In this document: in pieces, positions 11,747-25,391 of the stretch
How the letters are laid out: each line of letters begins with the position of its first letter
Numbering within the stretch: the stretch's first letter is position 1
From: Zygnema circumcarinatum SAG 698-1b
Taxonomy: Eukaryota; Plantae; Zygnematophyceae
Assembly (NCBI GenBank): GCA_037447605.1
Contig: CM074805.1
Span: 2,017,361-2,081,360, forward strand
Direction of reading: 5' to 3'
Length of the DNA stretch: 64,000 bases
Notes under the pieces: generated by a model
What the model was told of the DNA's origin: nothing
The model's database searches: none
What the model saw: only the letters and a program-made list of their open reading frames with translations
Program-made: the position numbers and the translations under genes

Positions 11747-12184
11747 GAGGGTGAGATTTCTAAAAAACAGGGGCGGGATAACCAAAAGGGGGGCGGTATA
11801 TAGTTCTCCAAAAAAACAAACGTCCAAACTTTTTTTTGGAATTCAATGAACCAATGGGTGCAGGCCACGTGGTAAAATGTGCACGTGGCCAGCCCTCGTT
11901 GGCGAATGTGGGCCGGACCGCGAATGTCTGGCGGGCGAGTCGTGTCGGCGAGGCCTCGGTTGCGGGGAGACCGTACAGTACGGACGGGCTGCATTGGAGC
12001 GGGGGGCTGCTGCTGCAAGGCCTTGCTGGGTCTGCAATGTTGAGCCGCCGCTGCAAGCTGCGAGCGCTTGCTGAGGGAGAGGGAGAGGGAGAGGGAGAGG
12101 GAGAGGGAGTGGGAGAGGCAGAAGATTTGGGATCGGGTCAGGTCAGCGCGCTCACTTCATTTCGGTAAATAGGAAAATATAGCC

Positions 12185-13550
12185 ATGGCTGCTGCGGAGG
12201 GAGCTGCGCGAGGACTTGCAGGGCGACGGGGACGACGGCATGGTCACAAGCTGGGGGAGAGAGGGGACGGCAGGCAGAGCTGCTCCCTCCGAGGGAGAGG
12301 CGCGCTTGTTGCGCTGGCAATCCTTCTGGTGGGACATGGGGGAGCTGGATGGAGGGTGGAGGCAGAGAGACTGGGGGATGTAGGGAAGGACCAGCGAGAG
12401 GGAGGCCATTTGCAGGAGAGTAGCGGAGAAGGAGGGGGGACTTTTTCTTCTGAAGAGTCTCTCGGCGGAAGGCATCTGCTCTACAGGCGGGGGAGGGGGA
12501 GGGGGAGGGGGGAGGGGAAGTCTTACCCTAAGCTGGGGCCATGGCCGGTAAGAGTTCGCGTCTGAGAGTCCTGAGGCAGAAAATTTAAATTAGGATTGAA
12601 GGCACCTTACTTTAAGGTACAGTTATAAAATCGAACGAATGCGTGCACCTGAGCTGAGTTATGATGGATTGAAACTCCTTCAGTAGGGTCTTAGTGGACA
12701 GCAGCATCAGCTACAGTGAAATTTGAAAGGGGTTGAAGCTATCAGCTTTCGGTGCTTCCTGTTGCCTTTGTGGATACTCGGATTTGTCCTTGCTGCGCTC
12801 CTGCAATTGGTCGCCTTGTTAGGGCTGAAGTCTATAGTGGACTTCAATATCTTTGGAGGAAATCGCTGCCAACCCGTGCAGGGAAGCAGCATGTACTTAA
12901 TTTGCAGAACGTCCTTTTGTGTGTTTGAGGCATGCTTGTCTCATCCTTATCCGCTCTATACAATTTCCCTGCATCGATGTAGTTTTTAGGAGCTTCAGCT
13001 CATTAAACTGTGTTTCACAGGCGAGCGATTCCCACTCCCCAAGGCAAATTGTTTCATCGTTTCGTTACGCCAGTGCATTGAAATAGATTCACACATTGTC
13101 CAGCTTAGCATTTGAGATCATCCAGTTTTATCAGTCGAGGAAACATGCAGAGATATTTTGAAATTAGTCGATAGTGCCACATTTTCCATGTACCAAACAT
13201 ACTCGGTATGCTAGACAAGCGAAGAAAGTAAGTGCGCAATTGTTGACCAACAATATTATACGTCCTAATGTCCATTCTATCTGCTGCAGGGCGTTGATTT
13301 GTCCTATGTAGGCAGTCATATGCGACGGCACTATCGACATTTAGACCTTAAGGCGAAGAGATGCGGCTTAACTCGAAACTTGAAGGGGGTGTTGTGGAAC
13401 GACTACCCCAACTATAATAACTTAACAAGATGGGAAAATCCGGGAATTCCGGGATCTATGTTCGACCATACCATAAGCTTTCGCTAAAAGCGGACAAAGG
13501 AGTGGTGGACGAGACAGGACACTTCAAAGTATGAGGTGAGAGAGGGTTCA
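12185..13550 (+). other. Possible 5' exons of the WbsX-like gene (unresolved)
   Basis: GCCATGG at 12185 with a GT donor at 12548. Hydrophobic segment LLPLWILGFVLAALLQLVALLGL at ~12760-12830. Exon-like ORF at ~13290-13490. Splicing phases could not be joined confidently. Confidence 0.3.
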
Positions 13551-13783
13551 AAGGAGACGTTGTTGCAAAGAACAACGGAGTGAAGCTAGCCGAGCAAGTG
13601 CAGTACCTTGGAGTTAAACGAGATACTAAGTTTGATATCCTGATTAGCCTCTGAGAGGACAGCATTCACTGCCCTATTCAAGGGCTACTTTCCATGCAAA
13701 CATCATTCTGCAATGTGGCGCTGAAAAAATGGGAGCGATTATTAAATTATTCTCTTGGCTGTATGAGTTTCTCTTGAATGCAG

Positions 13784-16700
13784 TGCGCTGTCCTTCTTCG
13801 GGGTGTTGACTACGAGAAGCTGAGAGATTGTCCTCTTGTGAAACAAAGGCCATTTGACGGAGAAGTAGTTGCACCGCGCGTCGAGCCGGACGAGCAGCTC
13901 ACTCTCATAGCCGTGGTCTTTCCGCAGGTGACCCGCCACGACCTCCGGCTGAGAACCATCAGACTCCGTTTGGATGGCAAATTTGCATGAAGCTGACCAG
14001 ACTCAGAGCTGCGACTTCGTTCCATTGCCATTTTTCACCGCGTTCTCGATTGCTCTCTCACTGCTTCTCCTGTAGACGGTGCCCCCTAGCTTGATCTGTG
14101 GCCTTTGACAGCTGCAGTGCCGCTACTTTCTTGGCAGTATCACGCATTCGAGGAGAACGACCGGTTTTGGGGCGCCAACTTCACGGAGTGGTCGAACCTG
14201 AAGTTGGCCTTCTTCAACCCCTGGACGCTGCAGACCATCAAGCACCCCATCAGCAGCCATGGCGGCTACTACAACTTCCTGGATCACGACCAGCGCCAAC
14301 TCACAGGGCGCTTGGCGAAGCATTACGGAATTGGGGTGAGCACAGGCTCAACAGAATGCCCGACATGGAGTATGCGTTATGAGGCAACTGAATCTGCAAC
14401 GTAGAGTGCATTGAACGAAGCTGTTTCAGAGAAGTCATGTTTCCGTTTGCTGGGAAGTGGGGTTGCAGGGTTTGGCCTATCACCACTATTGGTTTAATTG
14501 CGACACGCGGTTCATGGACGAGCCTCCCTTACGACTTTTGAAAGATGGAGAACCAGACCTTCCCTTCTCTTTTATTTGGGCCAATGAACCTTGGACGCGT
14601 CACTGGGATGGCTTAAGTGGAGAGGTCCTCCAAGATCAGGTGAGTTGCATTGGAAAGCCGTCGAAAGCCACCACAATCAGGAGCACGCACACACACACAC
14701 AACTCCGCACATTGGAATGGGTATATCAAATTTACCAACTCACACGTGAAACTCGTCTCACCTTTTTTCTCACGCTGCAGAAGTATGGAGATGAGCGTTG
14801 CTGGCGTCTGCATTTTGAGTGGCTCCTGCCCTTTTTTGAAAGCCCGAAGTACATCAAAGTCAACGGAAAACCGCTGTTCACGGTCTATGTCCTAAAAAAA
14901 ATCCCTCCAGGAGTGTTTGAAGCCATGGTGGCTCTCTGGCGGGAGCTCGCAGTGGAGAAGGGGCTTCCGGGATTGCACATAGTGCAGACCCTCAATTTGC
15001 ATGACACCGAGGCTTCCCCTGTCGTAGACGGTGTGATGGAGTACCAACCCAACATGCGGCGCGCCTATATACACCATAAGATAGGAGGTCCGGCTGAGAC
15101 AAGAAGGCACCTCACGCACTACAGAGGCGAGTATGTGGGATGGGAGAACTTTCCAAGGCATAATTCAGAGCTTGGATTTAAGGACGGGGGCTTTGACGAC
15201 GACCCCATCCATGTGGAGGCGAGGCTGAGGCATCGGATGAGGGTGGCAAGGAGGGACCCCAACAAGGAGGCTCCCAACCTCTTCTTTCTCACCGCTTGGA
15301 ACGAGTGGGGGGAGGGGAACACTCTCGAGCCTGACAACGTGTTCGGGTAAGCGACGATCCACTTGACCTAAAGTCAGGGAAGGGGGGGCAGAGAGAGGAA
15401 GAGGGAGGAGGGGTAGGGAGGATCAGAATGGAACTGGTTTCAACTCTAAAACGAGTCGTATGGATAATGGGAATTTTAGTTCATCTACTGCGGCAGCACG
15501 GCCGATTCAAATGTTTTGAGTAGAAGTCAGCACTGGAAAGGAGGCTGGATCCACACTGCAAACAAATAGCAATAAATAACAGGTTTCTGAAAAAGTCCAA
15601 TAGGATTGTTGAATCCAAAAGCGGATCTTTGGGGTTATACCGTAGAGATAACCTTTTTGACCATTTTAAAAATAACTTTGAATTCCACATGTCTCATTAT
15701 CTCAATAATTATATAGCCAGAAACTCATTATCAAATCGGATTCAGTTAGTTTGGTATTGAACGATTTTTTTTCCTTTTGTTCCATTGAATATCTATTTCG
15801 CAACTGATTGAACATGTGAACAGTTAAATCTGACGTCTCTATTGTCTGAATGAATCCGCACGTGTGAGAGAATTGTCTGGACATTGGAAACAACTACGAA
15901 AAGGGTTCAAAAGTTTAAACCTAAAAAAGTTCCAAGCCTCCGATTCTTATGTCCAGTCTAATTAATTAGACTGAAAAAAATAAAGCATGTCCAAAAGTTA
16001 AGCTTTACTGTATGGGTGAGGGGTAAGCAGCAGCACCAAGAAGTCCCGTAAAGTCACTTGAATTAGATCACGTGATGATCTAGTTCAGACTCACTGTTCC
16101 TCTATCTTCCTCCTTTCTTTTTCTCCCCTCTCCTCCCTTTCGCAAATCTCTCCCTCCACCTCTCACTCTTGTTTTGCTGAGGAAGCGAAAGCAGAACCGA
16201 AATCTTTTGTCGAGGTATGTCCATTGGAATGAACACTTCTGTTTGAAGGCCTGACATGAGAAGATTCTGAAACTCAAATTTCAGTTCAGGATTTTATTAT
16301 GTGTCATACACAAGTGGCCCATGTCATATTTAAGCTAGTCATTAGTTAAAAATCTGATCGCGTTTTTCTGAAAGAGTATTGGTTCTTCAATGGAAGCTTA
16401 ATTAGGCGCTTTGTCGTTCCTCCAACCTAAATGAAGTGACATATGGCAACTATAATTTTGACGAGTTCTTAGACGAACAGAAGGAACACAGGAGAAGAGT
16501 TACTTTTTCATGTATTTCACTGTTATTTTCCCCCTACAGGACTGAAACATCTAAACTGGCCTCACTCCTGGCTTACTCTTGGAGTCCATTTCTTGAACAT
16601 TCTCCTCCTTGAGCACGCAGAACCATATTTTGCAACTGCCGATGGATATGAAACCCTGATTTATAGTGTATTAGGAACTAGATGCTTTTGTCAGCCTGCA

Positions 16701-17228
16701 CTTTAGGGAGGTTTTAGAGACTCCAGCCGTCTTTACTGACTGTTTCGGTTTGCCGTTCTTGTGAATGGTTCTCCCTGTTTAAACTTCAGATATGGCAACT
16801 TGAATGCTGTGGCATCTGCATACACCCGCAGCAAGGCTCCCTACGAGACATTAAGCGACAAGCAAGTGTTGGAGCGCCTTCTTCGAACTATGGAAAGCTG
16901 CAAATTAGTCCTTGACATCACTTTGTATACACTGACGTATGACATCGACTTCCGGCAATATGGATCCTATAGTGAGTGGGAGGTGCCCAAAAACTCAACG
17001 GAAATGCGTTATTCTATGATGTCGTCACAGCGACGGGAAACATATGTCGAACATTGGCAGGATGTGGGATTCTTCTTAGGTCGAGAATTTCGCCTCAAAC
17101 GCAATTCGGAAACGTTGGATAGCGGGCTGGCTCGTTTGGACTTGTGTAAATTGTTGTTGGATGCCATTCTAGACAAAGTAGTTGTTCGATATTACGTTGA
17201 ACTAGTTGACGAATCTTTGGACGGTTGA
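13784..17228 (+). CDS. WbsX-family (GH99/GH71-like TIM barrel) carbohydrate-active enzyme; exons 13784-13927, 14138-14335, 14469-14639, 14781-15346, 16790-17228
   Basis: Spliced product: LIAVVFPQ|YHAFEENDRFWGANFTEW...HYGIG|GLAYHHYWF...FSFIWANEPWTRHWDG...Q|KYG...HFEWLLPFFESPKYIKVNGKPLFTVY...FLTAWNEWGEGNTLEPDNVFG|YGNLNAV. All introns are GT-AG and phase-consistent. Confidence 0.88.
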
Positions 17229-18340
17229 CCAAAAGGCCATGATGTGGTTATATATCTCGTAGGGGAGTAAATTATGTGGCATTGATCTCACGATGGCGAT
17301 GCCAGCAAATGTACGTGGACAAAATCATCATGGGGAGCCACGAGGAATTAGCCGCAAAGGTCCCTAAAGGCGAAAGAAAAAAAAAAGAAATAAAAGAAAG
17401 AGAAGAAAAAGAGAAGAAAGAAATAAGTAGGAAAAAATAAAAGAAAGGAAAATAAAAAGATAAAAAGAAAAAATAAAGAAGGTAGGATAGGAAAGCTTCT
17501 TCTAGGCTCAACAACGACGGCCTTCCTAGGAGCAGCCGTAGGGGCGCATTGGGCAGGCTATTGCCAGACAAAGGTATATCGAAATAGGCCTCAGCTGAAA
17601 AAAAGTTTGGTACTACGTAACTTGTTACGTTGTAGATCCAAGTGATGTTTTTTTCATTTTGAAACTCTGACGGCAATCTTTGGTAACCAATGAAAACTTT
17701 GGTTTCTCAATTATATTCGCTTCTAAATGTGAGGCAGGGGCCAAGAAGAACATAGCTCTCATGGAATATTGGAACATGAAGTAGAAACATTATGGACATT
17801 GTGAGTTCTTGATTGTACCCATTATTTCGCAATAAATGCCAGACTATAGCTAACTCATGCACAATTCTCTGAGCCAAATGAAAAAGAAGTAAGATACACA
17901 AGGTCGAAATTGTACATGAAATCCGAAGCCGCCTTGGACAGTCGATCATATCCGTTGTCTGATGGACATAAACTTGTTCTCAAAGGAACAGTAGAAATGG
18001 AGCTTCATTGTTAGGGTTTATTCGTCTGCAGCTTGTAGCCTTGGGGGGAGGGGTTGGACAGTAATGCCTGAGAGAAGGAGTGAATAAGCTGACGATGTAT
18101 CCTTGGAAAGGCCTTGTTCCCCTAAGGGATTATGAGGGTGTGTGGGTCCTGCTTGTAGCCGTATGCGTGAGAGGGGAGGGGTACTTTGGATGTGCCACTC
18201 CATTAACAGTCGTTGGCCTCCTACATGAGAGGTGAAGTCAGATTTCATAATTCAGTCCATGAATGATCTTGCCCACGACTTTCTGCTGTTGCATCCATTT
18301 TAGTTCAAGCATGCATAATCGAATATGCCCAAGCAGGACT

Positions 18341-21300
18341 CTAGGCTGGACGAGCTGACTTCTTACATGGTCTTACAAACTGCAGTTGCTGCTGCCTCGC
18401 TCCTCTCAGTCTCGCAAACATGCGCAGGGTGGGCCCTCCTTCCTCTGCCACTCCCAAAGTGTCTCCGGGAGAATCAAACGAATCTCGAGCAAATAAGTTC
18501 AAGTTTTGGATAGGAATAGGAGAAGGAAGTTGTGGTTCAGGGGATGGCGTTCCCACTGCTGTAACGTGCATGCCCGGCAGGGGCGTTGCCATGTCCTCTG
18601 ATGTTCTCAGTGGTGTGGATTGTGCTCTGCCGCTGCTCTGCAGTCGCGCGCTTCGTCGGACCCTTCCTCTTAACGGGCTGGACATCAAAAATTGGTAGCC
18701 GGTCTCATTGTCATCCCTGCAGTTCACAAGAGCATGGTCAGGACAAACTCAGTCGCAATCTCAGATAAGTGCTGCTGACGAATTGCATGCAAGACCATTA
18801 CAAGACAGCAACTTCCGATCACTGCGCACTGAATCCTAGTAGTCCCTTGGAATATGTAAAAGGCTTTGGCGTACCCGTCAGGTCGTCTGAGTGGCCAGTT
18901 GACATGGACAAGTTCAAATGACTCACCTCACTTCCCTAGAGGTGCAGCTTGAGCAAAGCCGGGGTTGGTCATCTGCAGAGTCGAGTGAGCCATCCTCTCC
19001 ATCTCTCACAACTGCGCCAAAGCTGCAACGCTGACACCGAATTCTGCCCCACAGCGGCATCCGTGAGGCCTGGGCGGGCCCATCCATGTCAACACTTCAA
19101 CACAGCGCCGACATAGTGCTAGCACAAGTTTAGCAAAAGACATAAGCTTCACAAACACGGCAACTGAGCATTTCCTTTGAGGGTGAAGTACATGCCCTAA
19201 GCCCTTCCATTCAGAATCAGTATGAGGCATGAAGTGAAGCAAGGATTCATCACCAACAAAATTTCATGAAGTTAACTCGTTACTCCATGCAACAAGCATG
19301 TACCTCTCGGATAGCCGAAACGGCATTCCTCCCACTTCTGGAGACGAGAACTACTCTCTCGTCTCTAGAATGAGCTCCCAGAGTCTGAGTGGTAATGAAG
19401 TCAAACGGTTTCTTGCAGAGTGGACATGTTGGAGTGACAGCCACCTGTTCCCCATTTCAAAACATTATAACGAACTCACATCTCACGGAGAACACTCAGC
19501 ACTGGGAATTGGCCCCAAGGAAGTAGCAGGCTGCCATTCAGAGGTTTTCAGTTTGCTTTCGGTCGGGATTGATTGACCGTTATGACAATCAATTACTCTA
19601 CTGAGACTCTTGTTAAAGGTAAAATCTGAGGTTCACTTACTGATTTATCTGCCCACTGCACTATGCAGTCGAAGCAGAACACGTGATCGCATGCGAGAAT
19701 GCCGACCGTGTCAGCCAGCCTCTCCTCGCGACAAATGGCACACGCACAGCCTCCTGCAGGGCTGGCTACAACCACAGACCTCCGGCCACCTTTCTCATCC
19801 TCTATGGCTCCCGCATCTGAAGCATTCAGTCTTGCTTCCGTCGGTTCCATAGCAGTCCCATCATGCAAACCCTTTGACTTGCCGTCATCCAACTCAAACT
19901 CAACAGCATTATTATCAAAATCGACAACTCCGATTGATTTGCTTCCAAGTGGATCCTGACATGCGCGCCCAAGACTACTCTGCGGACCCTCTGTAGACCT
20001 CATTGATAGCAGTCTGTCTGCGTTTACAGCTTGCCCATCTACCTCCCATTCTCCTGCATCAGCAACTCTCCCTGCAGTCATCAAGTAATCACTTCTTGGA
20101 GTGGACTCTGGTATGTCAGTCTGCACAGCTGCTTGTCTCCTATGGTTATGAAACTGAAATGGACCATCCCAATGTAAAGGGTTTGCATTTGCGGCTCTCT
20201 GTCTCTCGAAAGGAGAGCATGCTGACAGGCCCAAGCCTCTTGGTTTGTTGCGTTTTTCGTGGATGTTTTTTTTTGTCTTTGTTTTATGCAAGGGCCGCTG
20301 TGCAAAGGGGCTTGTTGGATCTTGTTCTTGATCTTGTCTGCCACCCATTTCCTCAATACTTGTTCGCCCTTTGGTTGACAGGCTCAATAGTCCATCGTAT
20401 TGATGAGAACCATTTTCCTGTGCATGTTCCCCTACTGAAGGTTGTTCACAAGGGACAGGAGGAGGCCAAGGGTTTACGTGAGAGCTGCTGCTAGCAACAT
20501 CTGATGTAGGCTTCAATACCTCGGAGCTCTGCTTGTCAATAATAAGGGGAATTTGGCCCCAATGAGAAGGACGGGCCCGATGAGTCATGGATGAGATTCG
20601 CAGAAGCCTCTTCTGCTCTCTTTCCTGCCGCTTTAACTCTATCGCTGCGTCCTCTGCCTGCTTTCTATCTCTCGCTGCTTTCATCTGCTTCCTGATGGAT
20701 TGCCCGACTGTCCCACTCGCCAGCTGTGCCGACACTTTGGACACGTCTACTCCTGGCCAAGTCTCTTCAAATTTACTCTTTCGTCTTGTGTCAACTTGCA
20801 TAATGTTTGCATTCGTCTGTACATTACGCAAATGATTATCGAAATCCTCCCTGTCCCCTCTATTCTCAACAACTGCTGGAAGGCCATCAAGTCTTCTCTG
20901 AGATGCTCCATCCACGAATAAAGCATCGAACTGTTTGTCCTGATAGTCAAAGGGATCCGTCGGATCGCTACCGTTGTCGCCCTTGCTTGCCTTCCTAAAT
21001 TTTTTCTTAAGTTTCCTGGAAAACAATCCTCTCGTTTTGGTTCGACTCAATGACAGCCAATCCGAATCAACATCCATCGATCCAAGGTCACTTTCCATGG
21101 CCCTCTCTTCCATGGCTGTTTCGACGCTCTCCAGCGAAAAGTTGTTATGAACTCCCTCATCCTCAGCCTGGTCTCCAATAACTTCACCCTCACCTCGAGC
21201 AGCTCCACTGTTCGATCTTAGCCGTCTCTTTTTTGAAGAAGCATATCTAGGTAAGGTTGCCACTGAAGTACCTCCTCCTCTCATGCGCCTTATTGAACGT

Positions 21301-23451
21301 TTGCAATATTGTAATGATTGATTGTCTACGTCACGCTGCTCAAAGCTGACTTCACATCCATCGCTTTGACTGGTCTCTGAGTAACGGACTTCTGACGGCT
21401 CCGGTTTGCGTACTGCTGCCGGAGAAGGGACATGATCAGATTCCTCACTATCAGATAGCTCAATAACGATAGCTTCCCTGGGGATACCCCTCTGTTGTTG
21501 CTTCCCTGCAACTTCCCTGTCCTGGGGCACTTTTCCAGCACTTGTGAAAAAGGGATTGCCACTGACGCTACGAAGAATCTCTCGGTTATCCAAGCCCTGC
21601 CTTACCTCGCCAGTCTGTCCACTTGACAATCCCCCTAAAGATTCTTCAGGTGAGCTGTAGGAGGCAGTGGGCACAACGGTCTCCTGCGACTTGCGATCAG
21701 TGATTCCATTGCAAATGCGCGTTTCATTTAAGGCAGGCTCTTCCAATGTCTCCGGATCTATCTGTTTTCCGCTTTGAGTTTTGCGAAGCCTTGGATTTCT
21801 GGCTCCGAAATCAGCAATAGCCCTTTCCTCTACCTCTCCTGTCTTACAGCAAACCCGAAAGCCATGTGCATCGATGTTCCATGGAGGGTAGTCTACTCGT
21901 TTACCAGAAACACTTACTCCTCTTGCTGAAGCAATGTTCAACTTTTGACTTGTCCCTTTTGCAACAGCAATCTCGTTCCTGCTCCCAACAGTTGCTTCAC
22001 TTTCCGAATAGCGGGAAGGCATACCTCTTTGCTGTCCTGCATGTTCTATCGCGGGAGGAACAAGAGCCAACTTTTCGAGATCAGCAATTGGCCGCGACGT
22101 AAGCGAGCAGGGATCCGCGCGCAAAATTCGCAGTGGACCAATTGTTTCTCCACTGGAAATCCCAAAAGTCCCCATCCCTTAGATGTAAGAAACATTGGTG
22201 TAACATACATGAATGATATCCAAAGTGCAGGTTTAGTAAGTGTTGTTAAGAGCTATGAAACGTGATTCCTAACAATTGACATAAGTGTTTTAAAAAAAAG
22301 GCAAAGGCAGCATGAGCCCTAACTATTCCTGTTTACGTAAAATGAAAAAAATTATCGGAAGCATTAAGTGCACAGCTAACTTACATTATAGAGTCAAGTA
22401 GGAACAGGATATATCGTTAGGAAAGAACGATAGGAGTTGGGGATGTCATGGAACAGCTTGGTCGAGCTGAGAAAAGTATTTAACAGCGGTTGATTTTGGA
22501 TACAATGTAGAAGATGCTATGCGTTGGATTTCAAGGAAAACCGGTTGAAACATTGCAAGCTCCTGATATGGTATGGAAGTCTAAGTGCTCTGAAGCTAAG
22601 GATGTTGATGAGAGATGACAGGGTCGAATTTGCTGAAAGGTAGGACTGAATGGAGACTACACTTACCACAAAGAGGAGTATGGATGCTCCGATAGCTTTT
22701 TTCCATGCAGCAGACAGTCTTCAAGCCAACGATGGTTGACCACCATAATCTGGCTGAGCTTCTTTGCAAGGGCGAATTTTGGTCCCTTGAACGCCCAGCA
22801 GATCTGTGAGTTTTACACAAGCGCAATACCGCTGTTTACTCATTAGGCTTCCAAAAGTTTCAGGCCTGTGCTCGAATGGACCTACAATAGCGAGAATCGT
22901 AGAACCAGATAGATTCGAATCTAGCCCACTGCCAAGAACGCTGCCTAAAGAAGATAAGCTAAGGACCAATAGATCAAGCGTTAGACACACACAACTGCGA
23001 AAAATAAAAGGAAAAGCGATAGGCTCTAACGGCATGGTTCAGAATGAAGATCGTTGGTGCGTGAACTCAACATACAATGCGTCTTAAATCAAACGAAAGC
23101 CTATAAAACCATAAAAAAAATCAACAAAAAAATCGGCCAAAGAGCTTTGCCATAAAGCAGTGAACAGCTCGACCCTCCAAGTTCACCCAGGGTCCTCACC
23201 AAATGTGTGCTTTTTTTCGAGTCCAACTCTGGTGTATATGTGGCTCCTGCCCAGCGAGTCATCTGGATGATGGCTTCCTTTGAGGAACCTCGATAACCAG
23301 ATGAGGTAATGCACAGAGCAGCCATTCCCGGCAAAGAATCCCCCAAACATTTGGGCAGGATAATTTCTTCTGCATATTTTTTCAGAAGCAAGGCACTCTG
23401 ACTGCCTACTGCTTCACCACTCTGATATTCATTCAAGTTGAGGTTAGACAT
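18341..23451 (-). CDS. BRCT + C3HC4 RING protein (plant At1g67180-like architecture); exon set only partly resolved
   Basis: BRCT start ITSSGYRGSSKEAIIQMTRWAGATYTPELDSKKSTHL (donor after 23200). Long disordered exon ~22175-19641 ends CAICREERLADTVGILACDHVFCFDCIVQWADKS and splices to exon 19444-19304 VAVTPTCPLCKKPF, which completes the RING. Confidence 0.8.
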
Positions 23452-24119
23452 CTCAATTCTCGAATTGCCCAGGTTGGACGTTCAGAGCTTCAGGTTTCTA
23501 TGATTGGAAGAGTATTTTTGCAGCCTCGACATTTGGTTTGGCGGTCTCACATGGATGGTCAAGAGCCTTTATCCAGACACTACGCTTGCAGCTCGCGCCT
23601 TATGATTCATCGGTCTTAAAGCCTTTGTTAGCCAGGAATTCTATTAATATCTTGCTGGTTTTAAAATTGCTGAAGAACTCTACGTCCTGAAAACGTCAAG
23701 TCCAACTCCTTGAATAATCTTATGTCTCGCTCTCTCCAAGTTTGGGACCTTGCAACACGCCCTTTGACTCCCCTTGCGCTACCACACCTGAGAGGCCCTT
23801 TCACCAAGCTCTTCCAGCATCAAAATCTCTCCTTTGGCCTCGTCGGCGTCCCTTTCTCGCGCATCGCTCCCCCATCGCCCAGCCCGCCTTCCCTCCCCCC
23901 CCCTTCTCCCCCTCCAGAGCAGCAGCGACAGCCTGCCCCTCCCGCCATGGCGGCCAGCGCCTGGCGGTGGCCGCGACGGTTCAAACTTTCGGACATTCGT
24001 CGGCCTGTCAGTATCGGGTGTATCCTGCCTCGTAGATATATCGTCAGCCAATATCAATATAGCTTAAAAGTCGTGGTTGACGATATTTTGAATAAAGCAA
24101 TATTCGATTGTAATATCGT

Positions 24120-24289
24120 CACGTGTCACCGGCTGGCTGTTCGGCCGTTGGATTGTCTCGTGCCAGATTTTACGTTTTGCTCGCAGTCACGCCACGTGTC
24201 AGAACGTAACAATTTTGGACCGTTTGGACTGCCGCGTGCGAGGTTTCAGGGATTAATTTTGTCGAAGAAAACCGTATGCCACGTGGCAT
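24120..24289. promoter_or_regulatory. G-box/ABRE cluster upstream of the BRCT-RING gene
   Basis: CACGTGTC (24120), GCCACGTGTC (24191) and the palindrome ATGCCACGTGGCAT (24276-24289) within 170 bp. Confidence 0.45.
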
Positions 24290-24767
24290 GCTGCGGCCAC
24301 GGCCAGGGATCCGGTCAGCCTGGGCCCCTTTTTTTTCGTACAACTCTTCCCGCGAGCCGATCAACAATTTCTGTACACGCGCTTCGCGATCCGCTAAAAT
24401 TTCATTGTTGATCGGTGGACCCAAGGAAAACTCAAATTGAACACGAACGATAATCAATTGTTCAATGTTCAACGGGGTGTTCTCCCTTGCATTGTTGCTA
24501 AGAGCCCCCCATAGCGAAACTCCTGGACCCGCCGCTGCTGGCACTGACCGGACTGGCTTTGACTACTGCATGGACCGCTGACAGCCGCGAGGAGCACCAC
24601 CGATTTGTATGCAGCGTTATATTGTCAACTTATCTAAAAATTGGCGTGGGGCTGTGCCTTTATTGTCTTTGGAAATCGAATGGGCCCTCCTTCCCTCCCC
24701 TCAAAGCTAGTTAGCTAGCTTTTGCAACTAGGGATGGCAAAAGGTCCGTACAAGGGACTTTTTCAAG

Positions 24768-25391
24768 GAAGAATACTACTGCACCCCCTATTTTGGTTAT
24801 TCCACCCCCCTTTTTTTGAAAAATTTGCCAGCCCATTTTGGTTATCCCATCCCCCTGTTTTGGACATTTCACCCTCATATTTTGGATATCCCATCCCCTC
24901 GTTTTCTCCTCTTCACTATTGACTTCCAACATTGTGCGACAAAAGAAAGGGGGATTTGCATTGATCTCAAGATGGTGAGGCCATCAAATGAACATGGACG
25001 GAGTCAACATGGGGAACCACACGAAACTGGTCGCAAAGGACCTAAGCACAAAATAAAAAAACGAGGAGCAAAAAATTAAAATAAAAACTAAACTAAACTA
25101 AGCCTAAGCGCAAAAACGCAGCCTTAAACGCAGCCGTAAAGGTCACCCATGTGGGGCAACTGTTACTCTGATACTCTTTGTTTTTAATTTAGGATTGTAG
25201 ACCCCCTAAGTAAGGCATGTTTCAAGTTGTGGCGTGCAAACCGAGACATTTAAAACAGGGGGTTGGAATATCCAAAATAAGGGGCTGAAATATTAAAAAC
25301 AGGGGGTGGGATAACCAAAATGGGCAGGCAAATTTTTCAAAAAGAGGGTTGGAAAAACCAAAGGGGGGTAGGGGGGTGCAGTAGCATTCTC
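24768..25391. mobile_element. Mutator-like MITE (~620 bp), related to the 10491-11809 element
   Basis: ~100-bp TIRs (GAAGAATACTACTGCACCCCC...TTTTGGTTATCCCA) with TTTTGG(T/A)TATCC subrepeats. Flanks TTTTTCAAG / CTTTTAAAG match at 7 of 9. Confidence 0.8.

Larger units (their letters stand above)
10491..11809. mobile_element. Mutator-like element (~1.3 kb) with a transposase zinc-knuckle remnant
   Basis: TIR GGAGAACTATATGCCACCCCC...GGTTATCCCGCCCTTGTTTTTTGAAATCCCACCCTC matches 11747-11809 in reverse. A-rich, near-identical 9-bp flanks. Internal minus-strand remnant QAGHNIRNCPK* at ~11176-11215. Confidence 0.75.

Noticed and set aside
13784-15346. Bacterial contamination as the source of the WbsX-like (and TrmL) sequences
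   Set aside because: Both are interrupted by phase-consistent GT-AG introns and embedded in eukaryotic repeats.
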